A stretch of 64,000 nucleotides of DNA, from the NCBI GenBank assembly GCA_040754455.1, contig JBFMCP010000002.1, positions 175,639 through 239,638 of the forward strand, read 5' to 3'. Positions within the stretch are counted from its first letter, which is position 1, and each line of letters begins with the position of its first letter. A program made the translations under genes and the position numbers. The stretch comes from Nitrospirota bacterium (GTDB lineage Bacteria; Nitrospirota; Thermodesulfovibrionia; Thermodesulfovibrionales; Dissulfurispiraceae). The notes beneath the pieces were generated by a model. The model saw only the letters and a list, made by a program, of their open reading frames with translations, ran no database searches and was not told where the DNA came from. Below are positions 19,377-29,457 of this stretch, one piece after another.

Positions 19377-20252
19377 ATGAGCAAGAGAGAGCTGGCATTG
19401 GAAGAGGCGGTAAAGCTGCGAAAGACAAAAGCGGTCGTTCCGAAGCCCTTCACCGGGGGCGCGGTCCGACAGGATGCCACGCATCGTTTTGCGCCAGGCG
19501 AGCCGGCAGTGGATCCCCTCGGCGTTGCCACGCACATTGTGTGTATCAAAGAGCCTGATTCTTTTATTGCCGAGCAGTATAAGCGTATCCGTGCGAGGAT
19601 CCTCAGGTCGCCTGCAAAGGAGATCCCCACTACTATTATGATCACCAGCCCGGATACGGGGGAAGGGAAAACGGTTACCGCGGTCAACCTCGCCGTGACC
19701 ATGGCGAAAGAGATCGATCATACCGTGCTCCTTGTCGATGCCGACCTGAGGAACCCTTCAATACATAAGTATCTCGGTATCAAACCCCGGTGCGGGCTCG
19801 GCGATTACCTCACCGGCAGCGTCGCGCTCTCCGATGCGTTGATCAAGACCGGCATCGGAAAGCTTACGGTGCTTCCCGCCGGAAATCCCCCTGAAAACCC
19901 GGCTGAGCTGCTCGCTTCGGGACGGATGAGAACGTTGATCCAGGAGATGAAGCAGAGATACAGGGATCGTTTTGTTCTCTTCGACCTGCCGCCGATCCTT
20001 ACCACTGCGGAGCCCCTCTCATTGGGAAACTGTGTTGACGGCGTTATTATGGTGACACAAGCGGCGCGCACCTCGCCGAAGGCTGCGGCAAAAGCGCTCT
20101 CTCTTATGAAGGGATTTAATATCCTCGGAGTGGTATTCAACAGCGTCCCGCCTTACCTCTCGGCGAGCACCTACCCCTACCGTCCCTATCCGTACACGCG
20201 GCAGAAAGGTGGTGCGGACAGCCCCAAAAAGGCGGGGAACGGAAAGAGTTAG
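19377..20252 (+). CDS. Tyrosine autokinase (CpsD/CapB, BY-kinase)
   Basis: AEQYKRIR, ITSPDTGEGKT Walker A, LLVDADLRNP, FDLPP, C-terminal Tyr cluster YPYRPYPY. Confidence 0.9.
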   Translation: MSKRELALEEAVKLRKTKAVVPKPFTGGAVRQDATHRFAPGEPAVDPLGVATHIVCIKEPDSFIAEQYKRIRARILRSPAKEIPTTIMITSPDTGEGKTVTAVNLAVTMAKEIDHTVLLVDADLRNPSIHKYLGIKPRCGLGDYLTGSVALSDALIKTGIGKLTVLPAGNPPENPAELLASGRMRTLIQEMKQRYRDRFVLFDLPPILTTAEPLSLGNCVDGVIMVTQAARTSPKAAAKALSLMKGFNILGVVFNSVPPYLSASTYPYRPYPYTRQKGGADSPKKAGNGKS

Positions 20253-20284
20253 ATCGCATCGTTATTCATCCGAAAGGCGGAGCC

Positions 20285-21490
20285 ATGTATACCACTTTTT
20301 TTAATCTTACCTGTAAGCCTTTTCAGCTCACCCCTGATCCCGAATTCCTCTTCATGAGCAAGGGGCATAAGAAGGCCCTCAACTATCTTACCTATGGCAT
20401 TAGCGACAGCAACACGGGATTCATTCTGGTTACCGGCGAGGTGGGGACCGGAAAAACCACCCTCCTCAGACAGTTGATCAATGAGGTGAGGGGAGAAGAG
20501 GTGAAGTTTGCACGTATCGACAATACGAAGGTGACTTCAGAGCAGCTGATGGCGATGATCAACGAAGACTTCGGTCTCGATGCGAAGGGAAAGAACAAAA
20601 CGCAGCTGCTCAGCGAGCTTACCGACTTCCTCATACAGGAGTTTGGAAGGGGGAAGCGGCCCATGATGATCATCGACGAGGCGCAGAATCTCTCACCCGA
20701 TATGCTTGAAGAGGTGCGGCTTCTGTCGAACCTCGAAACCGATAAGGCAAAGCTGCTCCAGATACTCCTCGTCGGGCAGCCTGAGCTGAGAAAAACCCTT
20801 GCGCTGCCGGAGCTCAGGCAGCTGCGGCAGCGCATCACCATAAGCTGCCATCTCCTGCCGCTGACCAGGGAAGAGACTGAGGCGTACATCTTCCACCGGC
20901 TGGAGGTCGCCGGCAACCGGCAGGCGCTCAGTTTCGATGAGGGGGTCATCGAGCGCATTCATGCCTTCAGCAAGGGAACACCCCGGCTCATCAATATTAT
21001 TTGCGATTTTATCATGCTCTCGGCCTTCATAGAGAAGACCACCACCGTCTCGACCAGCCTCGTGCAAGAGCTCATCGGACAGATCGAGTCTGAAAACCGG
21101 TATTGGCAGGATACGCCCTCCCCGGCGCATGCGCCGGGCAGTCCCGATGCTGCGCATGAGATACTGCACCGCCTCGATCGGCTTGAAGTAGTCCTGTACA
21201 AATGGGAGTCCCTTAAGGCCGAGCAGAAACAGATACTCGAAAAGCTTTCCGAAAAAGAAAAGCAGCTCAACGACAGAATCGATGCATGCAGGGCAGAGCT
21301 GTTGCATCTGAATGCGAACACCGGCGGCAACCGCTTGGACAGTATTTTTCAGGAGATCGAAATGCTCAAAGAGAGGATCGACGGGCTCGAGAATAAAGAA
21401 CCCCGCATTTCACAAGGGAACGGCAGGAAGAGGAATTGGTGGGAACGGGTGTTCGGCAGAGAGGCCGGCATCTCCATGAGGGTGTTCTAA
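20285..21490 (+). CDS. XrtA/PEP-CTERM system-associated AAA ATPase (ExeA-like)
   Basis: MYTTFFNLTCKPFQLTPDPEFLF, TGEVGTGKTT, IIDEAQNL, LVGQPEL, GTPRLINIICD. Confidence 0.88.
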   Translation: MYTTFFNLTCKPFQLTPDPEFLFMSKGHKKALNYLTYGISDSNTGFILVTGEVGTGKTTLLRQLINEVRGEEVKFARIDNTKVTSEQLMAMINEDFGLDAKGKNKTQLLSELTDFLIQEFGRGKRPMMIIDEAQNLSPDMLEEVRLLSNLETDKAKLLQILLVGQPELRKTLALPELRQLRQRITISCHLLPLTREETEAYIFHRLEVAGNRQALSFDEGVIERIHAFSKGTPRLINIICDFIMLSAFIEKTTTVSTSLVQELIGQIESENRYWQDTPSPAHAPGSPDAAHEILHRLDRLEVVLYKWESLKAEQKQILEKLSEKEKQLNDRIDACRAELLHLNANTGGNRLDSIFQEIEMLKERIDGLENKEPRISQGNGRKRNWWERVFGREAGISMRVF

Positions 21491-21526
21491 TGCCAACGTG
21501 GCGGTTTGTGTAGAGAGGACATCATC

Positions 21527-22693
21527 GTGATACTTCCGAAGGTACTGCGTAAATTGCACGCCCGAAAAAGCACGGAGCACCGGCGTGCTCCCCTGTACTC
21601 CCTTTACGGCAGCGAGGGGGGCCTTTACCGTGAAGAATACTTTAATGATGTGCTGTACTTTGAGCGGAAGAGGACGGAGCGGTCGGGGAAACCTTTTCTC
21701 CTTATGCTTGTACATATCGAAGATCTCGTGCGCCATGGTCAGCGTGAAGAGACGATGAAAAAAATAATCTCCGCGCTCTTCTCCTCAACCAGGGAAATCG
21801 ATATAAAAGGCTGGGTCAAATACGATGCGGTAATCGGGGTCATCTACCCGGAGATGTGCAGCATCCATAAGGAAACGGTACAGAAGAAGGTTGCCGCACA
21901 GCTCGAGGCGGCTTTCGGCGCGCCGCTGGTGCGGGCGGTGAAGATCGTCTGTTATCTTTTCCCTGAAGAGAACGGACGGCAATTGGACGAGGAGTGCGGG
22001 CATCTTTTCTATCCCGACCGGACCATGCCGGACCGTGCAGGAAAGAGGGCGCTCTATGTGAAGCGAATGCTCGACATCGCCGGCAGCGTGGTGATGCTCG
22101 TCATTGCCTCGCCCTTGCTGCTCATCATCGCGCTTGCGGTAAAATTCTCCTCCGAGGGGCCTGTGCTCTTCAAACAGCAGAGGGTCGGACAGTTCGGGAA
22201 GCCGTTTACCTTTCTGAAATTCAGGACCATGGTAGCCAATAACGACCCGACTGTTCATAAAGAGTATATAAAGAAGTTTATTCTCGAACAGAGGAGCTAC
22301 CGTACGGAAAGGGGAGGCGACGACGAGGAAGAGAAAATCTATAAAATCAAGGATGACCCAAGGGTGACGCCGCTGGGAAGATTCCTCAGGAAGACGAGCC
22401 TCGACGAGCTCCCCCAGTTTATAAATGTGTTGCGAGGGGAGATGTCCCTTGTCGGGCCGCGCCCGCCGATACCATATGAGCTGGAGAATTATGCTGTCTG
22501 GCATAAGCGGCGCATTATGGAGGTCAAGCCGGGCATCACCGGGCTCTGGCAGGTCAGGGGAAGGAGCAGGACCACGTTTGATGAAATGGTTCGCATGGAT
22601 CTCAAATACATTCGTGAATGGTCTTTTATGACGGATATCAAGCTGCTGCTGCAAACGCCCTGGGCTGTCCTGAGGGGCAAGGGTTCCTACTGA
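21527..22693 (+). CDS. Priming polyprenyl glycosylphosphotransferase (Bac_transf) with an N-terminal degenerate GGDEF-like domain
   Basis: C-terminal KRMLDI..KFRTM..DPRVTPLGRFLRKTSLDELPQFINVLRGEMSLVGPRP..KPGITGLWQV; N-terminal GLYREEYF..ERKRTERSGKPFLLMLVHI..TREID; GTG start after GAGAGG. Confidence 0.88.
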   Translation: MILPKVLRKLHARKSTEHRRAPLYSLYGSEGGLYREEYFNDVLYFERKRTERSGKPFLLMLVHIEDLVRHGQREETMKKIISALFSSTREIDIKGWVKYDAVIGVIYPEMCSIHKETVQKKVAAQLEAAFGAPLVRAVKIVCYLFPEENGRQLDEECGHLFYPDRTMPDRAGKRALYVKRMLDIAGSVVMLVIASPLLLIIALAVKFSSEGPVLFKQQRVGQFGKPFTFLKFRTMVANNDPTVHKEYIKKFILEQRSYRTERGGDDEEEKIYKIKDDPRVTPLGRFLRKTSLDELPQFINVLRGEMSLVGPRPPIPYELENYAVWHKRRIMEVKPGITGLWQVRGRSRTTFDEMVRMDLKYIREWSFMTDIKLLLQTPWAVLRGKGSY

Positions 22694-22701
22694 CCCGAGG
22701 C

Positions 22702-22785
22702 AAATTCGAAATCCTGATGTCTAAACCATCAACAAAGGAATTCTCTCCATCCATTTAAAATTTCGTGATTAGGATTTAGGATTTT
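22702..22785. repeat. Inverted array of degenerate 7-mers (AAATCCT type)
   Basis: aaattcg aaatcct gatgtct aaac ... attt aaaattt cgtgatt aggattt aggattt. Confidence 0.65.
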
Positions 22786-22838
22786 CACCTCTGTGATTAA
22801 CTTTTTAACACTACGGTCTGTACCGAAGGGGGCTCTAT

Positions 22839-23840
22839 ATGATTAACATCGGCGTTATCGGGTACGGGTATTGGGGGCCGAATATCGTGAGGAATTTCAA
22901 CGGCGTCGACAGCCTGAGGGTTGCCGCGATTTGTGATGTCAACCAGGACGCGCTCGCGCGCGCCCGGAAGAGCTATCCCGACATCGGCGTCACCACCGAC
23001 AGCGACGATATCGTGACCTCATCCGCTATTGATGCCGTTGCCATTGTCACGCCGGTATCGTACCACTTTGAGCTCGCCAAAAAAGCGCTGCAGCAGGGAA
23101 AGCACATATTCATCGAAAAACCCTTTACCGCCACGGTCGCCCAGGCCGAAGAGCTCATCGACATCGCCGAGAAAAAGAGCCTTACGATCATGGTCGATCA
23201 CACCTTTATCTTTACGGGTGCGGTGCGGAGAATGAAGCAGATCATCGATGACGGCGTACTCGGGAAGCTCTACTACTACGATTCGATCAGAGTGAATTTG
23301 GGACTCATTCAGGGTGACATCAATGTCGTCTGGGATCTTGCTCCTCATGATTTTGCGATCATGGACTACCTTATCAAGGATAAACCACTTGCCATCGCCT
23401 CATGCGGAAAGGCACATGTGAACGGTCATGAGGACGTGTCGTATATCACGGTCTATTTCGAGAACAATATGATCGGACATTTTAACGTGAATTGGCTTTC
23501 GCCGGTAAAGGTGAGGACCACGCTGGTGGGCGGCGAAAAGAAGATGCTCGTCTGGAACGATCTTGAGGCGGACGAGAAGATAAAGATTTACGACAAAGGA
23601 GTTGAAGTGAAGAATGCCGAAGGGCTCTACAGCCTGCTCGTGAGCTATCGGTCAGGTGATATGTGGTCCCCGAAGGTGGAGCAGACCGAGGCGTTGCGGT
23701 TGGAGTCGGAGTATTTCGCCCGCTGCATCGAAACGGGTGAGCGGCCGATCAACGACGGCTATGCTGGCCTGCGAGTCGTAAAAATGCTCGAGGCCTGTAA
23801 CCGGTCGCTCCACGACCACGGGAGGATGGTGAGCTTATGA
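22839..23840 (+). CDS. Gfo/Idh/MocA oxidoreductase (WlbA/WbpB-like sugar 3-dehydrogenase)
   Basis: GVIGYGYWGPN, HIFIEKP, WDLAPHD; followed by an acetyltransferase and an aminotransferase in wlbABC order. Confidence 0.85.
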   Translation: MINIGVIGYGYWGPNIVRNFNGVDSLRVAAICDVNQDALARARKSYPDIGVTTDSDDIVTSSAIDAVAIVTPVSYHFELAKKALQQGKHIFIEKPFTATVAQAEELIDIAEKKSLTIMVDHTFIFTGAVRRMKQIIDDGVLGKLYYYDSIRVNLGLIQGDINVVWDLAPHDFAIMDYLIKDKPLAIASCGKAHVNGHEDVSYITVYFENNMIGHFNVNWLSPVKVRTTLVGGEKKMLVWNDLEADEKIKIYDKGVEVKNAEGLYSLLVSYRSGDMWSPKVEQTEALRLESEYFARCIETGERPINDGYAGLRVVKMLEACNRSLHDHGRMVSL

Positions 23841-24319
23841 AGTATCAGTCCGTCGCCGAGAACGTCAGGCTCGGAAAGAATGTAAAACTCGGAGATTTCA
23901 TCAATCTCTACGGCTGCTCGATCGGCGACAATACCAAAATCGGAACATTTGTCGAGATCCAGAAAAACGCGTGCGTGGGGAGGAACTGTAAGATTCAGAG
24001 CCACACCTTTATTTGTGAAGGAGTGACGATTGAGGACGATGTATTTATAGGGCATAGTGTCACGTTCATCAACGATAAGTACCCGCGGGCGACCAATGCC
24101 GACGGCACACTGCAGACCGAAAAGGACTGGAAGGTGGAGCCGACGGTTGTTAAAAAAGGAGCATCGATCGGTTCGGGGGCGACTATTCTCTGTAATGTGA
24201 CAATAGGAGAGAATGCAATCATCGGCGCAGGCAGCGTGGTCACCAGGGATGTGCAGCCCAACGCTGTCGTGGCGGGCAACCCGGCAAAAACAATAAAGGA
24301 GAACAGCAATGACCGATAA
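23837..24319 (+). CDS. Hexapeptide-repeat N-acetyltransferase (WlbB/WbpD/QdtC-like)
   Basis: IGTFVEIQKNA, CKIQSHTFICEGV, FINDKYPRATN, IGAGSVVTRDV..GNPA. Confidence 0.88.
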   Translation: MKYQSVAENVRLGKNVKLGDFINLYGCSIGDNTKIGTFVEIQKNACVGRNCKIQSHTFICEGVTIEDDVFIGHSVTFINDKYPRATNADGTLQTEKDWKVEPTVVKKGASIGSGATILCNVTIGENAIIGAGSVVTRDVQPNAVVAGNPAKTIKENSNDR

Positions 24320-25535
24320 CGGCAAAATACCTTTTCTCGACCTTACCTTCCTTCATAAGAGACTCGAACAGGAACTCACCACGGTATTCAGGGATGCCTT
24401 GCAGTCGGGCATGTTCATCGGGGGGCCGATGGTCGAACAGTTTGAGCGTGAATTCGCCTCGTTTTGCGGAACGTCGTATTGCATCGGCGTGAACAGCGGC
24501 ACCGATGCACTGCGCTTCGCTCTGGTTGCAGCGGGGGTGAAGCAAGGAGACATCGTCATTACTGTGCCGAACACCTTCATTGCTACCACCGAGGCCATTT
24601 CCCAGGCCGGTGCGGTGATCGAATTCATTGATGTCGATGAACATACGTACAATCTTGATTGCGAAAAGCTCAGGGAATATCTGGAGACGCAGTGTTATCA
24701 GGACGACACCACCGGGAGGCCCGTACACATCACTTCAAAAAGAACGGTAAGCGCCATACTCCCCGTTCACTTGTACGGACAGATGGCGGACATGGACCCT
24801 ATCATGGAGCTTGCAGGCCGTTATCACCTCCCGGTCATCGAAGATGCCTGTCAGGCGCATGGGGCCGGCTATTTCTCCCGGAAGGAAGACTGCTGGAAGA
24901 AGGCGGGCTCGATAGGGCTTGCCGGCGCTTTCAGCTTCTATCCCGGGAAGAACCTGGGGGCGTGCGGTGAGGGCGGGGCGGTCACCACCAATAACGAAGA
25001 GATCGCCATTATCATAAGGATGCTCCGCGACCATGGGCAAAAGAAGAAGTACTATCATGAAATTGAAGGGTATAACGGAAGGCTTGACGCGATACAGGCC
25101 GGAATTCTCCAGGTCAAGCTCAGATATCTGGCCGAGTGGAATGAAAGTCGCCGGTTGTGCGCAGCCCGCTACCGGGAATATCTCGCGCCTGTCGAGGATC
25201 TGATTCTCCCCCTCGTCCCCGTATGGGCCCGGCACGTCTTCCACCTCTATATTATCCGTACTCCTCTGAGGGACGACTTGCGGGCGTTTCTCGCGGGACA
25301 TCAGATCGATACGGGACTCCATTATCCCGTCCCTCTCCACCTCCAGAAGGCCTATCAGCATCTGGGGTACAAAAAAGGCGATTACCCCGTCGCCGAACGG
25401 CTTGCGTCGGAAATCCTCTCGTTACCTATGTACCCGGGTCTTATGGACTATCAGCAGCGACGCGTCGCTGAAAAGATCGCCGAGGCCAAGAGTATTCAGC
25501 AACATGCTGCGAAGCAGCTTACTTCGGCAGCATAA
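24309..25535 (+). CDS. DegT/DnrJ/EryC1/StrS sugar aminotransferase (WlbC/WbpE/FdtB-like)
   Basis: NSGTDAL, PVHLYGQ, IEDACQAHGA, FSFYPGKNLGACGEGG, NGRLDAIQA. Confidence 0.92.
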   Translation: MTDNGKIPFLDLTFLHKRLEQELTTVFRDALQSGMFIGGPMVEQFEREFASFCGTSYCIGVNSGTDALRFALVAAGVKQGDIVITVPNTFIATTEAISQAGAVIEFIDVDEHTYNLDCEKLREYLETQCYQDDTTGRPVHITSKRTVSAILPVHLYGQMADMDPIMELAGRYHLPVIEDACQAHGAGYFSRKEDCWKKAGSIGLAGAFSFYPGKNLGACGEGGAVTTNNEEIAIIIRMLRDHGQKKKYYHEIEGYNGRLDAIQAGILQVKLRYLAEWNESRRLCAARYREYLAPVEDLILPLVPVWARHVFHLYIIRTPLRDDLRAFLAGHQIDTGLHYPVPLHLQKAYQHLGYKKGDYPVAERLASEILSLPMYPGLMDYQQRRVAEKIAEAKSIQQHAAKQLTSAA

Positions 25536-25554
25536 ACGCTGCACTCCCGGGAAT

Positions 25555-26589
25555 ATGTACACGGAGATTATCGATCCTGTGCAGTATCCCGCATGGGACG
25601 ATCTGCTGCTTTCCCATGACGGCTATTCGTTCTTTCATTCCTCCTACTGGGCGCGGGTGCTCCGGGAATCATACGGCTATACGCCGCTCTACTTCACTAC
25701 GTTCCGTCACGGTAGCGTGCTGACATTGATTCCCCTTATGGAGGTAAAGAGCCCTTTTACAGGGAGCAGGGGGGTATCTCTCCCTTTCACCGACTATTGC
25801 GACCCGATAGTTCCCGAAGGTCAGGATCTCCGGAGTGTGACGGACTGCTTGGCCGCGTACGGCAGAAAGAGAGGGTGGAAATATATAGAGCTCAGATCCA
25901 GGAACAACAGTAATGAGCAGGATATCTCCTCCTCATATTATTACGGACACGTTCTGACCCTGTCGCCGGACGAGGAAAAAATGAGATCGGGCCTGAGGGA
26001 CAGTACAAGAAGAAATATAGGAAAGGCGGAAAAAAGCGGCGTCGAGGTTATCATCGACAGATCTGCCCAGGCGCTCGCTGAGTTCACCCGATTGAATTGT
26101 GTTACGCGCAGGTCGCACGGGATCCCCCCGCAGCCCGGCCGTTTTTTCAAAAGCCTCTATGACCACATTATCGCAAAGGGGCACGGCTGTATCGCCCGGG
26201 CCGTGTTTCAAAAGAAGACCATAGCAGGCGCGCTTTACCTGCACATCGGCAAAAAGGCTGTTTATAAATATGGAGCATCGGACAAAGCCTACCAGTCCCT
26301 CCGGGCAAACAATCTCGTCATGTGGAAGGCAATCACATGGTATGCCCGGAACGGATTCAAAAGCCTCTGCTTCGGAAGGAGTGAGCCTGAAAACAGCGGC
26401 CTCCTTCAATTCAAATCGGGATGGGGAGCGGACGAGCACTGCATACGGTATTATCGGTACGATCTGCAAAAAGGAGAATTCATGAAAAGAGCCACCCACG
26501 TAAAGGGGTTGCACAACAATATCTTCAATAAGATGCCGGTCCCCTTATTGAGAATGGCCGGCTCGCTGCTTTATAAGCATATAGGATAG
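25555..26589 (+). CDS. FemAB-like / GNAT family protein
   Basis: SFFHSSYWARVL, GVSLPFTDYC, TRRNIGKA, YKYGASD..ANNLVMW, GLLQFKSGWGA; start taken as ATG 25555. Confidence 0.8.
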   Translation: MYTEIIDPVQYPAWDDLLLSHDGYSFFHSSYWARVLRESYGYTPLYFTTFRHGSVLTLIPLMEVKSPFTGSRGVSLPFTDYCDPIVPEGQDLRSVTDCLAAYGRKRGWKYIELRSRNNSNEQDISSSYYYGHVLTLSPDEEKMRSGLRDSTRRNIGKAEKSGVEVIIDRSAQALAEFTRLNCVTRRSHGIPPQPGRFFKSLYDHIIAKGHGCIARAVFQKKTIAGALYLHIGKKAVYKYGASDKAYQSLRANNLVMWKAITWYARNGFKSLCFGRSEPENSGLLQFKSGWGADEHCIRYYRYDLQKGEFMKRATHVKGLHNNIFNKMPVPLLRMAGSLLYKHIG

Positions 26590-26591
26590 CT

Positions 26592-27542
26592 ATGATCGAC
26601 AGGACGATTTACTATCATATAAAGCCCCTTATTCCACGACGCCTGCAGATTGCGGTGCGACAGCAGGTGGTGCTGTGGAAACGCAGGGTCCACACCGAAC
26701 GATGGCCCATTGACGAGCATGCGAAGACGCCTCCCCGCAACTGGCAGGGGTGGCCCGGCGGCAAACAGTTTGCCTTTGTGCTTACCCATGATGTGGATAC
26801 CATGAAAGGCCAGGACCGCTGCTATGACGTCATGCGGCTGGAAGAACAGCTGGGCTTCCGGTCCTCTTTTAACTTTGTCCCCCTGCGCTACCGGGTGTGT
26901 CCTGAATTGCGCGCCTGTCTCACCGGCGGTGGATTTGAAGTAGGTGTCCATGGATTGTATCATGACGGGAAGTACTATGCCTCGAGGGAAGTTTTCAGGA
27001 ATCGGGCGATTTTAATCAATCATTACCTCAGGGAATGGGGTGCCGTCGGCTTCCGTTCACCTTCCATGCAGCGAAACCTGGAATGGATCCACGATCTGCA
27101 TATCGAATATGATGCCTCAACGTTCGACACCGATCCCTTCGAGCCCCAGCCCGACGGCGCCGGCACCATCTTTCCTTTCTGGGTGCAGCAGGATGAAAAA
27201 AGTCAGAAAGGATATACGGAGCTTCCGTATACGCTCCCCCAGGATTTCACCCTGTTTGTTCTCATGAAGGAGCGCAGCATCGACATCTGGAAAAAGAAGT
27301 TGGATTGGATCGCTGAAAAAGGGGGTATGGCGCTCTTGATTACCCACCCTGACTATATGAATTGCAAAAACGACACCTTCGAGACGGATGGATATCCGCT
27401 GAGTTATTTCAAGAAATTCCTTGATTATGTGAAGTCCAGATATGAGGGCTGCTATTGGAACGCGTTGCCAATGGAGGTATCCCGCTTCTGGAAAGAAAAC
27501 ATGGTCACCGGCAGCAGGACGGAACAATGTTCAGAGCAATGA
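26592..27542 (+). CDS. Polysaccharide deacetylase-like protein
   Basis: FVLTHDVD, FEVGVHGLYH, GFRSP, YDAS, ITHPDY NodB-like motifs. Confidence 0.75.
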   Translation: MIDRTIYYHIKPLIPRRLQIAVRQQVVLWKRRVHTERWPIDEHAKTPPRNWQGWPGGKQFAFVLTHDVDTMKGQDRCYDVMRLEEQLGFRSSFNFVPLRYRVCPELRACLTGGGFEVGVHGLYHDGKYYASREVFRNRAILINHYLREWGAVGFRSPSMQRNLEWIHDLHIEYDASTFDTDPFEPQPDGAGTIFPFWVQQDEKSQKGYTELPYTLPQDFTLFVLMKERSIDIWKKKLDWIAEKGGMALLITHPDYMNCKNDTFETDGYPLSYFKKFLDYVKSRYEGCYWNALPMEVSRFWKENMVTGSRTEQCSEQ

Positions 27543-27545
27543 TGT

Positions 27546-28727
27546 ATGATAAGGCCCTTTGAGAAACCTGTATATGTGACGAGGCCCTTTTTGCCGCCGC
27601 TGGAGGAGTTCTGCCAGGGGCTCGAGGAAATATGGGAGAACCGCTGGTTGACGAACAACGGACCCGTCCTCCAGCGCTTCACGCAAGAAATGTGCAATCT
27701 CTTCAGGACCGACAATATCTGCCTTTTCAATAACGGGACACTGGCCCTTCAAATAGCCCTGCAGGGAATGGGGATATCAGGCGAGGTCATCACTACTCCT
27801 TTTACGTTTGTGGCAACGACCCATGCCCTGTTCTGGAACAAGATCAGACCCGTCTTCGTTGACATCGAACCGGAGTATTATACCCTTGATCCTGAAAAAG
27901 TCGAGGCGGCGATCACCCCCTGGACAACCGCTATCCTGGCGGTCCATGTCTACGGCCATCCCTGCAAGCTCGATGCGCTGGCCGACATCGCACGACGGCA
28001 CAATCTGAGACTCATTTATGACGCAGCGCACGCGTTTGGCGTAGAAGTCGGCAACACCCCGATCGCTCACTTCGGGGACCTGAGCATGTTCAGCTTCCAT
28101 TCCACCAAATTATTCCACTCCATAGAGGGAGGAATGCTCGTTTTCCGGGAGGCGGGACTGAAAGGCATGTTCGACTACCTGAAGAACTTCGGCTTCAAAA
28201 ACGAGGTCGAGGTCGTCATGCCCGGCACCAATGCCAAGATGAATGAAATGCAGGCCCTGATGGGCCTTCATGTTCTGAAATGCCTTGAAGAGATCATAGG
28301 GCAGCGTGCCAGGATTACCGACGTATATCGAGATGGGCTCGGGGATGTCCCCGGCATTCGCCTCACGCCGGCCCTGCCGCCCGAGGTGTACTACAACTAC
28401 GCGTATATGCCGATCGAGGTGGATGAAGAGGAATTCGGGATGAGCCGCGATGCATTGTATGAAAAACTCAAGGAATGGAACGTATACACCCGCCGTTATT
28501 TCTATCCGCTCATCTGCGATTATTCCTGTTATCGCAGCATTTCGGTGAATGACTCCCTGGCGGTCGCACGCCGGGTGTCTGAGCGCATATTGACATTGCC
28601 GATCTACGACGGACTGGAACTCTCCGATGTCGAGGCCATCTGCGAGATCATTACGTCTCTCCAGCAAGGAACCAAGCATAAGAGGAAGGTCGTTGCTGCG
28701 CCGAGAGAGCTGGCAGGAATAAGTTAA
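27546..28727 (+). CDS. vioA: dTDP-4-amino-4,6-dideoxyglucose aminotransferase (VioA-like DegT family)
   Basis: VYVTRPFLPPLEEF..IWENRWLTNNGP, TTPFTFVAT, IYDAAHAFG, SFHSTKLFHSIEGG, NAKMNE, RRYFYP. Confidence 0.8.
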   Translation: MIRPFEKPVYVTRPFLPPLEEFCQGLEEIWENRWLTNNGPVLQRFTQEMCNLFRTDNICLFNNGTLALQIALQGMGISGEVITTPFTFVATTHALFWNKIRPVFVDIEPEYYTLDPEKVEAAITPWTTAILAVHVYGHPCKLDALADIARRHNLRLIYDAAHAFGVEVGNTPIAHFGDLSMFSFHSTKLFHSIEGGMLVFREAGLKGMFDYLKNFGFKNEVEVVMPGTNAKMNEMQALMGLHVLKCLEEIIGQRARITDVYRDGLGDVPGIRLTPALPPEVYYNYAYMPIEVDEEEFGMSRDALYEKLKEWNVYTRRYFYPLICDYSCYRSISVNDSLAVARRVSERILTLPIYDGLELSDVEAICEIITSLQQGTKHKRKVVAAPRELAGIS

Positions 28728-28743
28728 GCTCGGGAGATCGAAC

Positions 28744-29457
28744 ATGGAAAAAATCGTTCTTTTCGGAAACAGTGTATTTGCTGAGCAAATCTATTTTCTT
28801 CTGACACACGATTCTCCGTACGAAGTGGCGGCGTTTACGGTGGATGGCAACTACATCAAGGATGATACGTTGTTCGGAGTGCCTGTTGTCCCTTTTGAAA
28901 CGGTGGAATCTTCTTTTCCACCTTCAGAGTACAAAATGTCTATCGCGATCAGTTTTCAAAAAATCAACAGATTACGAGAAGAGAAGTACCTGCAAGCGAA
29001 AGCCAAAGGGTATCAGTTCATTAATTATCTGAGCTCCAGGGCCACGTCGTATCCTGGTTTGACGGTCGGCGACAATTGCATTATATTGGAAAACTCCGTG
29101 ATTGCCCCCTATGTCGAGATCGGTAATGATGTCATCATAGCGTCCGGCGCGATGATCGGACATCATACAGTAATAAAAGACCATTGTTTCATTTCTCCCG
29201 GCGCTGTTGTTTTAGGGGGCGTTACCGTGGAAGAATACTGTCTTATCGGAGCGAACGCGACCATTAAAGAGGAGGTCAGAGTCGCAAGGGAGTGCCTTGT
29301 CGGAAGCGGCGTATCAATCACCAGAAATACCCGGGAAAGAGGGGTATATATTAACCCCCCGGCCGATTTGCATCCAAAGAGAAGCGACGAATTGAGAACA
29401 TGGCTGACGTGGCCCTCAAGGGCGCGCAAATTTTCACCGGACTGCGTGTCGAAATGA
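28744..29457 (+). CDS. NeuD/PglB/VioB-family sugar acyltransferase
   Basis: IVLFGNSVFAE, VAAFTVD, N..R, IGHHTVIKDHCFIS hexapeptide repeats. Confidence 0.82.
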   Translation: MEKIVLFGNSVFAEQIYFLLTHDSPYEVAAFTVDGNYIKDDTLFGVPVVPFETVESSFPPSEYKMSIAISFQKINRLREEKYLQAKAKGYQFINYLSSRATSYPGLTVGDNCIILENSVIAPYVEIGNDVIIASGAMIGHHTVIKDHCFISPGAVVLGGVTVEEYCLIGANATIKEEVRVARECLVGSGVSITRNTRERGVYINPPADLHPKRSDELRTWLTWPSRARKFSPDCVSK

